Below, piece after piece: positions 1 to 13,373 of a stretch of 64,000 nucleotides of DNA (position 1 is its first letter; each line of letters starts with the position of its first letter). The stretch lies in the NCBI RefSeq assembly GCF_964355755.1, contig NC_092674.1, positions 12,090,001 through 12,154,000 of the forward strand. The letters run 5' to 3'. The position numbers and the translations under genes were made by a program. The DNA is from Antedon mediterranea. Lineage: Eukaryota > Animalia > Echinodermata. Below the pieces are notes generated by a model. The model saw nothing but the letters and a program-made list of their open reading frames with translations, was not told the origin of the DNA and did no database searches.

Positions 1-2
1 AA

Positions 3-299
3 GTTGTCCAATGGTCTAAAAAATGGCAGATGTCTTTTAATTCATCAAAATGCTATACAATGAACATAACGAGGAGTAAAAGTCCACTTACACTTGACTA
101 CAAGATGAAGGGAAGCAGAAAAGAGAGCAGAAAATACCTTGGAGTCTTAATAACAAATGATCTATAATTGGAACCACACATAAACCAAGTTATAAACGAT
201 TCCAATAAGATTCTGGGCTTCCTAAGGAGAAACTTCTCTCGATGCGACACTCGTATTAAAGCAACTGCCTATCAATCACTAGTTTGTCCAAAACTTGAG
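3..299 (+). mobile_element. CR1-type LINE reverse transcriptase C-terminal fragment (pseudogenised; continues left of window)
   Basis: Frame from base 3 reads VVQWSKKWQMSFNSSKC...KYLGVLITNDL*...ILGFLRRNF...AYQSLVCPKLE. These are the WQMxFNxxKC, KYLGV and LGFLRRN motifs of CR1 ORF2, with one in-frame stop. Confidence 0.85.
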
Positions 300-1221
300 A
301 ATCGGGTGGTTTTAAACATGCCGTGCTTTAATACATAAATATGATATACATAAATATAATTAATACATTATGACAAAGTACTAATAAAATTGGACGGAGT
401 TAAAACAAGCTATCCAACAATATTAGATGTTGACCCTTTGACCTTTATTGCTCACATGATTTGTTTAATTGCTAAAACTATTATAACTATACATTTTCTG
501 ATATGAGTGTAATGGAATAAAATGTTCAGTAATGCTCTTTCCAATGACACCATGTATGCCCTTGTTTTGTGCATTACCGCTTTCACCTGAACAAATTGTG
601 AGCAATCCTTCCATTATAGTTTGTTATACCACAATGAATAACATTTAGACTGTTATAATTTGAAGGATTTTCTTCAAGTATAAGTATCGTAACAGGTCTA
701 ACTGATAATTGGAAGGTACGACATTGAATCAATTATATTTTGTGTCCATTTATTGCGCGCTCTATGCACGCTCCACGCGTGTCCTTTTAGTTTGTGTTGC
801 GATTCTCTATAGTACATAGTTTTTACATTTTTTTGTTTAAAATGTTCAGTAACTATCAAGTTCAGTAACGTAATGATTTCGTTTTTATTTTAACAACAAC
901 CTTTAAATAAATGGATTGTTTAGATATTCAATTTGATAGTCTTGTGAACCATATACATTTCTATAACAAATGATTGAACGTCATACTCTACATAGGAATA
1001 GTTGGACACAAAAATGGTCGGTTATATAAAACTTGACTTTCTAAAAAATAAAATAACTGTCGAAAATATAGCTGGAAAAATAGGGGTTTGACGACATACA
1101 CTGCTCTAAAAATCTGGAATGATAATCCCAAATTAGCATTGTTGTTAGGCCAAGAATAAGAATAAGTATTTGTTTACTATGCTTTATTTTGATATCAATA
1201 AGTTTATAATACACACATCGA

Positions 1222-1815
1222 GCCTACGAAAGCAAGAAACCATCTGTATTACTATTAGGAAATTCGCACTTAAAAAAAGTCGAAGCAAGTCGTATTTTAC
1301 CAAAAGCAGATGTAAGCATTACACACGCATACACTAATGACCAAATTGGAAATGCACTCGATGAAATCCACGAAACACTTGACTGTATAGTAATCCACGA
1401 AATAACTAACTCTGTAAAGGAATCAGCTCCAGAAAAGTGCGCAGAAACGCTATACAACACAGTCAGTGAGTATGTCACAAAACATCCAGACACTAAATGT
1501 TTGATATCACTTGGCTTACCACGAGCAGGCCCACTAAATTTCAGAGTTGAAATAGCAAACTCATGTATAAAGCACAAGATACGCACAGACAAAATACCAA
1601 ACCTAACATTCTGCGACAATAGCAACTTCTTACGAAACGGCGAGCTGGTCGACACACTTCTAGCACCTGATTGATACCATCTATCAGATGGAGGCACCAG
1701 CCTATTGGCCAGTAACGTCAGATACAAAGTTGAAAACGTTCTAGGTCTATCTCGCAGCAGAAAAGCTAACACAGGAAGAGGTAGACCACGTTACCACACA
1801 TTTCAACAATTGTAA
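1222..1815 (+). pseudogene. LINE ORF1 SGNH/GDSL esterase-like domain, 5'-truncated, with one nonsense codon
   Basis: Not in the ORF track. It translates VLLLGNSH (block I), CIVIHEITNS (block III), SLGLPR and APD*YHLS (block V DGxHL, with TGA at 1672-1674 where GGA is expected). Stop TAA at 1813-1815. Confidence 0.8.
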
Positions 1816-1997
1816 GGTAACACAAATTCAGAAAGTTATTGTAACTGAAATTAAGCAGTAGACATAAGCATAGTATTATAAATTATATTAATTAAAATAG
1901 TTTTTTATAGACAAATACAATCAATAGCCTAAACATACAAAATCAAAGCATGGATAACAATAAAAATAACGGTGATGAAAACGAAATATAAAATCCA

Positions 1998-4809
1998 ATG
2001 GATATACTATTTAATCCAATATCTATTGATAATGGTAATAATGACCATGACGAATTCATTGAATATAGTCTCAGAAACAAGCTAAATGCTATTGAGACAT
2101 GTTCTTATATGAGTCCATATGACTTGAATGAATCTGTGAAGAAATTAAAAAATATTGGCTACTCATTTCTTCACTATAATATTCGAAGTATCAATAAACA
2201 CATTGATGAACTAACTACATACCTAAACTTAATCAACCACTCCTTTACAGTTATTGGTATATCGGAAACATGGTTAAACAATACATCGTGCAAACCATAT
2301 TTACCGAGCTATGACTTCCTCGCATTAGATAGGAAGAACCGTAAAGGAGGGGGAGTTGGTATGTTTGTTTCTGCTACAATTGACATAAAAGAAAGAAAAG
2401 ATCTATTTATTGAATCTTGTGAATGTATTTTTATTGAAATAATTGAAAAAAAATGTAACAATACGATTGTTGGTATAATATATAGACCTCCCGATTCGAA
2501 TATAGAACTTTTTAATAGATCACTAGACGATATTCTTAATACTATTGATATCGAGGGAAAATCATGCCACATTATGGGTGATTTTAACATTAATTTACTT
2601 AAGCATGCATCGACTGATTTTGTAAATAATTTTCTAGAAGTAATGATGTCGCATTCCTTCTACCCATCGATTTCTTCAAGACCCACTAGAATACAAAACA
2701 ACACATCTTCATTAATTGATAACATTTTCTCCAATACACTTTCTGAACAAATGTTATCTGGTATACTAATCTCAGACATATCTGATCATTTACCGGTATA
2801 CCAAATTATCCACTCCGTGCCCGACAAACATATTAAAGTAAAAACCGGTAATATAGAACCTCATAAATATGCAATAAACGAAAGAAATATAAATAAACTA
2901 TATAATGACTTATTACCTGTTGATTGGGCTGATGTATATGTAAGGACAAACCCTGATGATGCTTACAATGCTTTTATCAACACTTTCAAAAAATTATATA
3001 ATAAAAACTTTAAAAAAAAAAAAAAGTTCAAGAAAATCACAAAAAGTATAAAAAGTTCAAACAACCATGGATGAGCTCAAGACTCTTAAAGTCTAGCAAA
3101 AGAAAACATGTGTTGTACAACAAATTTATAAAACATCCCTCGTCTAAAAATAAGGATATTTATAAACAGTTTAATAAGTCATTTATGCGTACATGCAAAA
3201 AGGCAAAGAAATCATATTATGAAAATGTTTTTAACAATACTAAAGGAAATAAAAAAAAAACATGGAATATTATAAATGATATTATAAATCCAGGTGGAGG
3301 CAAAAATAATGTTCCATCCACTTTTACATCTGGTGACAAACTCATAGAGGGTTGTGAGCCTATTGCAAACCACATTAACGATTATTTTATTTATGTTGGT
3401 CTCAAGGTACGAGACAGTATTGAGCCATCAACGGCACAATACTCTGATTACCTGCTAAACAGGCAAAGTAACTCTATGTTTTTCTACCATGTAAATGAGG
3501 AGGAAGTGTTAAAAGTGATTCAATCACTTGATGCAAACAAAACACCTGGGTTTTGATGATATTTCACCAAAGGTAGTCAAGGCAGTTGGTGATGCTATTG
3601 TAAAGCCCTTGACTTATATATTTAACGTATCTCTTCACTCCGGCTCAATACCGGAACAGATAAAAATTGCAAAAGTAATTCCCATATACAAAAAAGGGGA
3701 CCGTCATTTAGCCTCAAATTATCGCCCGATATCACTACTACCAATTTTCTCTAAAATCTTTGAAAAGATAGTCCATTCCAGATTGTATAATTACTTTAAA
3801 ACTTACAATATACTAAATGATTGGCAATACGGCTTCCGAAACAATCATTCAAACTCCCACGCTATAATTGATCTGATCCACAAAATACTAAAGGCATTTG
3901 AAAACAAAGAGTTCGTAATTGCCACATTTATGGATTTGTCAAAGGCATTTGATATTATTGACCACAGTATATTACTGAACAAGCTATTCCACTATGGTAT
4001 AAGAGGTGTTACACTAAAATGGTTCAGTAACTACTTAAAATCACGAAAGCAATATGTTTTTATAAATGGTACTTCGTCTAATATTAAGGAGACTAGTATT
4101 GGTGTTCCACAAGGGTCCGTTTTGGGACCTTTGTTGTTTCTTGTATATGTAAACGATATATGTAACTCAAGTACACAAATTGAATTAATTAGCTTTGCCG
4201 ATGATACAACAGGATTCAAGTGTGGAAATAACCTGAACGCATTGGCAAACACTATGAATGTGGAACTAGATAGAATTAATATGTGGTTCAAAGCTAATAA
4301 ACTTTTATTAAACACCAGCAAAACAAATTACGTAATCTTTAAAACTGCCCAAAGGCGTATTATTACAACCAACATTGAATTGAAAATGAATAACATTACT
4401 TTAGAACAACAACAAAATGTAACATTTCTTGGGGTTGTAATAAATGAGAACCTTTGCTGGAAAAATCATATAAGGCTTATTAGCAAAAAAACCGCTAGGT
4501 CTATTGGAATATTGATAAAAACTAGACATTTTTTTCCTAATTATATTTTAAAAAATTTGTATAATACATTAATTCTACCGCACCTTCAGTATGGAAACAT
4601 TATTTGGGGCAGTACATGATAGTACACTAGAATCCCTTCTTAAACTCCAGAAAAAGGCTGCTAGAATTATTTTATTTAAAATCCAAATGATATTCAAAAG
4701 AAACGAAAATACTACCCATAATCTTCGAAATATTTGTAGCGTAAAACCATACTCTAGGTCAACATTTTATCAGTATACACGGACCGAAACTATGGAACGA
4801 GCTCTGTAG
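1998..4809 (+). pseudogene. LINE ORF2 (AP endonuclease + reverse transcriptase), frameshifted
   Basis: APE motifs HYNIRS, ISETWL, GDFN, SDHLP; RT motifs YRPISLL, QYGFR, DLSKAFD, GVPQGSVLGPLLF, FADDT, FLGV. Frameshifts at the A-run near 3012-3024, at about 3552 and at about 4615, with an apparent deletion near 4680. Confidence 0.93.
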
Positions 4810-5769
4810 AAATCACTTAGATATTGTTAAAAAAAATTATAAAATACTACAAAAATATGTAAAAAGAGACATTCTATCGAATTACAGAACTTAAAATGCT
4901 TCACTCATAAAATATATATGCATATATTATGCGTTGTGTTGGTGTGTGCGAGTATACACACATAGCCTGTTTTATATTATATGTATTCATACTTTTGCTA
5001 TAATATATAAAGAAAGAATCCACATGTACTGGAAGTAATAAACTGAATATCTTCTTTTTTAAGAAAAAATGTATAAATAATGATATTATAAAAACACAAA
5101 TGCTTTTTGATGATGAACAACTCTAAAATGTATATAGGAAATGTTTTTTTTTTAAATTTTGTATCTATTATGATGTGTTTATTGTTTTATGTTTTTTATG
5201 TAAAAGGGTCCTGCGAAAACAGAAGTGTAAACTTCTCTATGCAGGATCCTTGCCATCATTTATGCTATGAAACTGTATTTATAAACGATGAGTAAATAAA
5301 TGTGAATTGAATTGAATTGAATTGAATAAATTTAACTAGAACTAATAAATGAATCAATAAACATATATTTATATTGAATAATTATCTTAGAAATGTAGGT
5401 CTATTTGATTATTCATAATAGTATTTGATGATGTATGTCATTTTTTGGTTTATTATTAACCAAAACAGGTTCCAGCTCATTTGGCCTGGGGGAAAGCATT
5501 CAGACAACTCATCAAAAATAGACATTCAAAACTGTTCCACATGCATGTAGGAGATAAATAAATTACTAAATTAACCACATACCAACTACCATACAACTAT
5601 GTTCAGGTCAGGTAAACTCAACTAAGCTATATTTAGTTGTTGCCATAAGAGGCCTGTGCTAGTTGTCCTATGTAGGTAGGGAGTTAGGGTTAGTTTACAT
5701 GGAAGTTTTACTAGAATATCTGCATTTATTCAGTTACAGCTAAAGGTACAGAAAAATGTCTTTACTTAC

Positions 5770-5836
5770 CTTCACACTTTACAAAAGGTAGTTTTAGTAA
5801 GCTCACAATTAACAAAAAAAACATAATGGCGAACAT
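5770..5836 (-). CDS. First coding exon (signal peptide) of a secreted or membrane protein continuing left of the window
   Basis: Minus strand reads caacATG then MFAIMFFLLIVSLLKLPFVKCE-G|GTAAGT: 22 codons + 1 nt, hydrophobic core, V-K-C cleavage-like end, consensus phase-1 donor. An ETS-like ACTTCCG lies upstream (5884-5890). Confidence 0.65.
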
Positions 5837-6149
5837 GTTGACTTCTCGTTGATAAAGCGGCTTGTAAATATTATTTGCACATAACTTCCGTGTATACGCT
5901 GCGTTTGTTTTTAACAATCAGTGTTACTACTATTTGCCAAAACTACAATAACAATGGTTATCGAAAACGTCAATAATGCTTTGTGTAAACTTGAGTGTGA
6001 GTGTATAAGAACATAACATTCCTAACTATAGTACTAATCTTACGCTTTCAAAGCTTTTCTCAGGCTTTAGTCTAAAATATCACGCATTTTGATGGACCCA
6101 CACTTTCATTTACTATTCATCCATTATTAATATCTAGTACAACATTTTG

Positions 6150-6560
6150 AAAACAATGGCATCCAGCAGCATTTCAAGTCCCTACAACCAACACCGCCAA
6201 TCCTGGTAGGTATTAATTACGGAGTTATATGATATGTAGGTTAAAGGTCAAATATGCCAAAAATCATACTTCCAGCCATTTTTTGACAAACTTTTCCATT
6301 AGAACGAATATAAATATGCATCTCCCAAATAATTTGAAACTAAAATTATTTTATCTAATCTAAGCGTTGCAAAGATATGACCATTTTTTTTTCAATGGGT
6401 CAAAACATTCAAATTGAGGTCAGAGGTCAAAGATGAATTTTAGAAATTTGACAACATGGGTTTTTATAACCAGCATGATTTAATAGACACGTTTCGCGCT
6501 CGCGAGGTCACCGTCAGTTTGACCTTTTAGTGGGTATACAATGGTAAAAAAACACAGCGA
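6150..6560. repeat. Internal fragment of an AGGTCA-rich non-autonomous DNA element (resembles the Academ-type elements at 14633 and 49440)
   Basis: Shared motifs AAAGGTCAAA, GCCATTTTTTGACAAA, GAGATATG-like and AAATTGAGGTCAGAGGTCAAA; no termini recognised. A similar remnant lies at about 340-600. Confidence 0.5.
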
Positions 6561-6977
6561 GAGGTATGTTAAAGCATGGGAGAACTGAGAGATGATCATC
6601 TTAAAAAGCAATCGTCAAAACTAGCCTTTTGATGGAATGGCATGGTAAGGATGTTATTTATTTTCTAAACTTATGTTTTATATTCACTGTAGAATTATTT
6701 GGTTCGGAATCATCGACTTTATTTAAGTATTGTCATTTTTGGTTTGACACATATATATTACGGTGCATTTGATACATGTTAACTGTTGATTTTATTTACA
6801 AATGTTGCGTAAATATATTTTTTTTTTTTTTTTTTATTTCATCATATAATACATTACAAAGGAAAAACATAATCAAATAAAAAATTAAAATAAAAAGCAA
6901 CTAACAAAAACAACAAAGATATCCATCAAACAAATTAAATAAAGGTTCATAAAAATTATTCTACTCTATAAACCATT

Positions 6978-9900
6978 TTATATTTTATTTATAAATTCTT
7001 CTAATTTTATCCATTTTCTATTAAAAATACTGTACTCAAAATTCTGATGATAAATAAATTGTTCTGTTTCATAAAACCTTTTTAACTCGTTCATAACCAT
7101 TTTGATAGTTGGCTTACATTTAACTAGTTTACATTTATAAATAAATGATTTTACAATTAGAATAATTGCATTAATGGCTTTTAAATTAAAAAACTGATGC
7201 GCCTCTTGGTATCCGAAAATTATGCTCTCTTTACTAAAAATAAATTGCACTCCAGTTTTTTCTGAAATTTTTTCCTGGAGGAGGTTCCATATCCTTTTTA
7301 CTATTGGACAATTACAGAACAAATGCTGAATGGTTTCAATTTTACCATCTCCAAATGAGCACATTGAAGTTTCTTTTATATTCATTTTAAATAATTGTTC
7401 ATTTGTTGCAATTATTCTATTTACAATTTTATATTGAAAATATATTAAAGCAATATTCATTGTACACGTATGTGGAGCTAGGTAGATTGTTTTCCATTGT
7501 TCGTTATTGAATACAAATTTATTTTCTGCCCATTTCTTTTGTGCTTTCCATGCTTTAAACATTGAGTTATTTAAAACATCATAAAAAATACGACATCCCT
7601 TTCTTTGTTGAAAGAGTACTTTTATGTGAAATGGAATATCTGGCAAAACTGTTTTTTTAATTTCACATATCATTAAATTGTTAAATTTTTCCCTAAGAAG
7701 CCTTTTTAATCCTATTAATTTTATATAATTTATCTTAATACCATAGGTATCTTCGACTTCTTTTTTATTCATAAATTGCCCATACAAAATACCTGCTTTT
7801 TCCCAATTTCCATATCTTATACATTCGTTGCCTATTCTTATTACTTCATTATTCCAAATTTGCATTCGTAATAGCTCGTCAACAGACTTTGGATAATGAA
7901 TAGAAATAAAATTACTCCATGCATCTATTACCTCTTTCCAGAAGAGAATTTTAACATTATCTCTAATGCTGGACAGACGTTTACAATTCGTTTCAAGTTG
8001 CATAGAGTTAGACAAATTTGTTATGTACTTAAATAGCTTAAATATTGGGTTGTCTTCGGATTTATTGTTGAAAATTCTACGCAACCAAGTTATTTTTAAT
8101 GACATAAAAAAAAAGTTCAAATCTACCATTCTTAATCCACCATGTAAGTAATCACTTTTCATCTGATGCCGGTTTATTTTATCAGGTTTGTTTTGCCCAA
8201 TAAAACGAAAAAATAAATTATTAAGACGTACTACGTATTCATTTGATGGGTTCGGTAAGGACTTGATCATATGAATGAGTTTTGGTAACAAGAGTGATTT
8301 AATAATAGTTATTTTACCAATTACTGTCAAGTTTCTTTTAGACCATTGGTTTATCATACGCTCTATCGTTAAAAACACTCTTTCATAGTTTACATTAATC
8401 ATTTGAACTGCATCTAATGAAAAGTCAATACCTAAAATTGAAAATATGGCATTGCCTATCCAGTTTATCTTTTTTCTTGTTTTTAACCTTACATTGCTAC
8501 CTCTCTTACTACCTATCCATACAACTTTTGTTTTTTCTTCATTTATTCTTAAACCGGAAATACTCTCGTATGTATCCAGTGTATCGAGTGTTGCATGCAG
8601 TGATGCTTCAGACCCATCAAGTATAATGGTAGTGTCGTCTGCATATTGAGATATTGTATATTCCTCATCTCTAATTTTAACTCCCTTAATTAGTTTGTTT
8701 TGCTTTATTAAATTATTCAATATTTCTGCACAAATTATAAAAATATATGGAGAAAGAGGGTCTCCTTGTCTACAGCCTCTTTCAATTTTAAAACGATTTG
8801 ACATAGCACCGTTAACATTAACTGAGGAATACATTTCCGAATAAAAAATTGTAATCCACCTTCTAATAGACTCGCCAAAGTTAAACATTTCCATGGCTCT
8901 ATCAATGAATATATGTGAAACAGAGTCGAAGGCTTTTTCGAAGTCAATTAGTAATAGCATACCGGGAATCTTTAACTGTTCACTAAGACATATAATGTCA
9001 TTCATTAGTCTAATATTTTCGCCAATAAATCTATCTGGCATAAAACCGTTTTGCTCTCTACTTATAATATGACTTAATACATTCTTTATTCGATTAGCTA
9101 TACACCCAGACGCTAACTTATAGGTGATGCTTAATAGTGATATAGGTCGCCAATTTTTTAGAAGGTCCCTTGGTTTATTCGGTTTAGGTATAAGCGTTAT
9201 GATTCCAATTTGTTGAGATTGAGATAGTTTTCCGTTCTTATACACCCAATCGAGCATTCTAACTAAATAACCACTAATATTAATCCAGAAAAATTTAAAG
9301 AATTCGGCGGAGAAACCATCTTGTCCGGGACTTTTATTGTTTTTCATATTTTTAAGAACTTGTAATATTTCATCAATTGTTAATGGCCCTTCAATTTCCT
9401 CCTTTTGTTTTTGTGATAATTTTGTCATACTATTTTTTTCAAATATTGTTTTCATAGTTACAAGATCAATTTTAACGTCTTTGTTTTTGTACAATTTGTT
9501 ATAATAACTTTCTACATTCTTTATAATTTGTTTATTATCAGTTATATCCTGACCCATTTCCCTCCTAATTTTATTCAAACTTTTATTTACAATCTTTTTT
9601 TTCTCCAAATTAAGGAAGAAAGAAGATGGTTTTTCCCCTTGTTCCACCAACTGAGCTCGCGATCTCAGCATGATCCCTTCAATTTTAACCATACGTAATT
9701 GTTGTAATTCAATCTTTATGGAATTTAGCTCTTCAATATTGTTGTCCATTTCTGGACCAATTTGAAGTTCATCCATCTTTCTTTCAATTACATTAATTTT
9801 ATCTTCTAATTCTTTTTCTCGCTTTTCATTTTCTTTTTTTAACCTTGAGGAGAACGAAATTGTTTTGCCTCTTATTCCTAAGAGCAACATTTCAAAAAAT

Positions 9901-10798
9901 AATGCATCATTAATAGAAAGGGACAAATCTGAGACTGGGATATCCTTAATTGTGTCTCTTTTGTATGGCGACGCAGCATATAGTTCTGTAATTGTATGGA
10001 TTTCTTTTTTAACTATTTTAACATATTCCTCATTTCTTAACAAGCTATTATTGAACTTCCAATAGGTGATTCTATCTTTTTTCGTTTGTGTTAATACCTT
10101 TAAGCTAACCAAAGAGTGATCTGTACGATATCCTGGGTCTATTTTACATGTGTCTATTATTGAGAGTAATTCCTCTGATATCAAAAAGAAGTCGAGCCGT
10201 GCTTGTTTTAGTGGTTTGTGTTGTCGCCATGTAAACCTTTTTATGTCAGGGTGTATTGTTCTCCATGCGTCTATTAAATCATTTTCTGACATAAGTTTAA
10301 GTACCATTTTTCTTGCTTTTGGGTTATTTGTATTAACATAGTTCTTGTTATCTATATCAGGATTTAATGTTAAGTTCCAATCGCCACACAAAATGTTATG
10401 AGCGTTTTCAAACGTATTCATGACTTGAATAATTTCCGTATAAAAATCTGGGCTGTCCGTGTTAGGACCATATATATTAATCAGTGTTGATCGTTTAGAA
10501 TCAAATGTAAAATCTAACGCCAAGTAATTTCACTCTTTGTATTATACACTATACTATCAAATAAATCATTAAAAAGAATTGCTACTCCCCTTGAATTGGA
10601 AGTACCATTACAAAAATAACATTTATCTCCCCAAATTGATTTAACATGTGCTTCTACTTGTTTTGTAAAATAAACATCCTGTAAACACAAAATATCTGGT
10701 TTTTTAGCTTTCAAGTAGTTAAGTACATCTACCCGTTTCTTTTTATTACCAAGGCCTCGGCAATTCATAGACATAATATTAATATCCCTTAGCATCAT
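6978..10798 (-). pseudogene. L1/Tx1 ORF2: AP endonuclease, reverse transcriptase and C-terminal zinc knuckle, with one frameshift at about 10520
   Basis: NCRGLG, LCLQD, NIYGPN, GDWN, RLDFFL, TDHS, WKFN, WRPISLL, DFEKAFDSV, GCRQGDPLSP, QYADDT, GGLRM and CSFG..ETIQHLFCNC (second Cys of the CCHC knuckle lost). ORFs 10514-10798 and 6978-10523 overlap out of frame. Confidence 0.95.
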
Positions 10799-10835
10799 TA
10801 GTTATTAATTAGTTTTACAGTACTGCGACGATAAA

Positions 10836-11122
10836 CACATCGCTCTATCAATTGCAACACAGGATCTCGGTAAGTTCTTTTGGTACCAACCAGCCAATCA
10901 AAAGCCGGCTTTACGCACTGTATAAACACACATACCAAGTGTAGGAGGTATCGCTCTATCAATTGCGACAAATGAATGCTGTAAGTTCTTTTGTTACCCA
11001 ACATCCAATTAAAAACCAGCATTACGTAGATTATAAAATAGACCAACCAATAGGTGTAGGCCGTATCCCTCTATCAAATCTTTTGTTATCCGATAGCCAA
11101 TGAAAAACCAGGATCACGTTCG
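10836..11122. repeat. Three degenerate tandem units (about 111 bp) in the L1 inter-ORF region, each with a CCAAT
   Basis: ATCGCTCTATCAATTGC...GTAAGTTCTTTTG...CCAAT at about 10839 and 10950 (111 bp apart); a shorter third unit ATCCCTCTATCAAATCTTTTGTTATCCGATAGCCAAT at about 11065. Confidence 0.8.
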
Positions 11123-11656
11123 TAACTAAAGATGCCAAGGTAATTATATGTAAATGAGAGTGCCTGCTGTGCCGTTGTTTTCTGTTGATCACTAACTTTC
11201 TGTACAACAACACATTACATTTGTTGCATATTCTGAATAGAGTAATGACATACACATAGTTCAAATTGACAATGTAGATAAACAATAGAGACCTCATTAT
11301 TAACTGCAGGTGTATGGTGAATTCCACCAATATAGGTACAATAACACTTTTAAGCGTGTTATACATTACGTTTGTAACTATAGTTAGCATTGTATTGAGA
11401 GTAAACGCTGAACATTTCTTTTCAACAGTTTGCATACCTTCCGTACAACAACAATTTACGTTTTTGCATATGATGGATACATAAAGTTTAAAATCACAAT
11501 AAAGAAACGTCAAAACACGAACAACACAAAACACAACAGGCGTAATGGTTGATTTTTTTTTACCAATAACAGTTGTAGGCCTACTAATAACACGTATATA
11601 CTACACTCACAGTACGCCCTGAACTGTTATTAGTTAAACTGGTTAGCTCCGAGTAC

Positions 11657-12504
11657 ATGGAAGCCCTGGAATGGAAGCCCTGGCTCTAAGCCATATAAAT
11701 TATGCTATATCATCCTGGTACTGGGGTACAACCGCGGATTCCCGTACTAAACTTCAAAGAACACAAAATAAAGTAATTAGATTCATCTTAGGGAAACATA
11801 GTAGATACCATATCACCAAAGACGATTATACTTTTCTTGGTTTATTAGATGTTAAAACCAGGGCCGAACAAATGACACTACAACACGTACAGACAATATA
11901 TACAAAAAGTTGTCCAGACTTTATGTTAAATAATTTTAATAGGATAAATCATAACCATGGTACTAGAGGTAAAGATTGTAATTTTATTGTTCCAATGAAT
12001 AACTATACTGTTAGTAAGACCTTTTTTTTTAATGCAATCACACTGTGGAACAAATTACCAATAGAAATAAAAAATATTTTTACACACAATAGTTTTAAAA
12101 GGACTCTTAAGAAATTTTTATTAACAAATATGCAAATTATATAGACCTAAAATTATGATTGACTTTTCTTGTAAATAATAGTAGATATTTTTGTAATAAT
12201 AATGATTATCAGAATTCAGCATAAATCTAACATGTAATTAAATTAATTTGTAATACTGTATAAAATAATAATAGATCCATATTTTTGTATAATTATTGTA
12301 ATATTATTTTATTATGTTGGGGACCCCTTTGGAAACAAGCCTCTGGGCTTAAAGGGCCATCCCCTGCTTTCCATGCTTATTTTCTTGTCTAGTCTTGTAT
12401 TTTTATATTTAATTGTTTCTCTTTTTATTTCATTTACATTATACTGTTTTATTTATTTGTACTGTATTTGGAAAGCAATAAATATTACTTACTTACTTAC
12501 TTAC
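11657..12504 (+). mobile_element. 5'-truncated CR1/L2-group LINE 3' end nested in the L1
   Basis: ORF 11671-12144 (HINYAISSWY...KLQRTQNKVIRFIL...TFFFNAITLWNKLP...FKRTLKKFL), 3' stem-loop at about 12319-12364, AATAAA and (TTAC)n tail. ATGGAAGCCCTGG is duplicated at the 5' junction. Confidence 0.88.
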
Positions 12505-12522
12505 AATTATTTAAACTTGCTT

Positions 12523-13373
12523 TCATTTATTTGGTATAAATGATTTGTATTTACCCTCTTGTGTCTTAAATCGTATCATAGGCGGTAGGCTAAACGTACA
12601 TCTTGTCTTTGCCTAATTTTTTCTAAATGGTTCCGTTTCAGATCCTGTCTTAGCCTCCTAGCATTTTTTGATACATCGTCACTTATATATATATAGTTCT
12701 TACCAAATGGATTGTTCTTTAATGTTTTGCCTGCGTTTCCGAGTATAAACTTGCGATCCATGTAACGTAATAGTTTGCAGTGAATCGGCCGTGTTAATTG
12801 CTTGCTCGCATTCTTGCTTTGTGTCGCTCTATATGTTGGTGAACGATGAGCCCTTTCTACTTCGATATCGTCCCCGTCTTCTAGTTTCATATGCTCTACA
12901 AAAATAAATTTAGCTAGCTCCTCGCAAGTCATGCTCTTTTCTTCTTCCAGCCCTTCTGGTACATTGTGTATAACAATATTATTTCTTCTGGATCTATTTT
13001 CAAGATCTTCTATTTTGTTTTGTAAAAAGTTAATATTGCTTACCGCTTCATGTGAGTCTCTATGCTTCTTGGCATTTTCTTCCACTGTTACGTTCATAAA
13101 TTCCACGGATCTCTTTAGTTCTTGTAGGCCTATCGCCTGTTGGTTAGTTTTTGTACTCTTTTCTGTTTTTTCCATCCTTGACTCTATCTTCGATATTCTT
13201 TTTTCCATTGATTCAAATTTATTTAGAATAAGATCTAACTTACTATTTAGGATTGAGTTTGATGGCTGCTCGGCAGTTGAGTTTCCGTCCCCGTCATTTG
13301 AATTTTCTGGGCCTGGCTGTGTTGACCTCAAATGATAGGTAATTTTTTCTTTATCTGCTTTCGATTTTTCCAT
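12523..13373 (-). pseudogene. L1-type ORF1 (coiled coil + RRM + CTD), frameshifted near the C-terminus
   Basis: Heptad region, LENRSRRNNIVIHNVPEG, VERAHR, RPIHCKLLRY and IYISDD. The C-terminus continues in another frame as PPMIRFKTQEGKYKSFIPNK* (TGA at 12525-12523). Confidence 0.88.

Larger units (their letters stand above)
1222..5325 (+). mobile_element. 5'-truncated CR1/L2-group non-LTR retrotransposon (SGNH ORF1 + APE-RT ORF2, disrupted)
   Basis: ORF1 remnant at 1222-1815, ORF2 pieces at 1998-4809, 3' UTR stem-loop AAGGGTCCTGC...GCAGGATCCTT (about 5203-5250), AATAAA then a (GAATT)n tail ending about 5325. Confidence 0.92.

Noticed and set aside
1224-1772. 182-aa minus-strand ORF
   Set aside because: Antisense shadow of the plus-strand SGNH ORF1.
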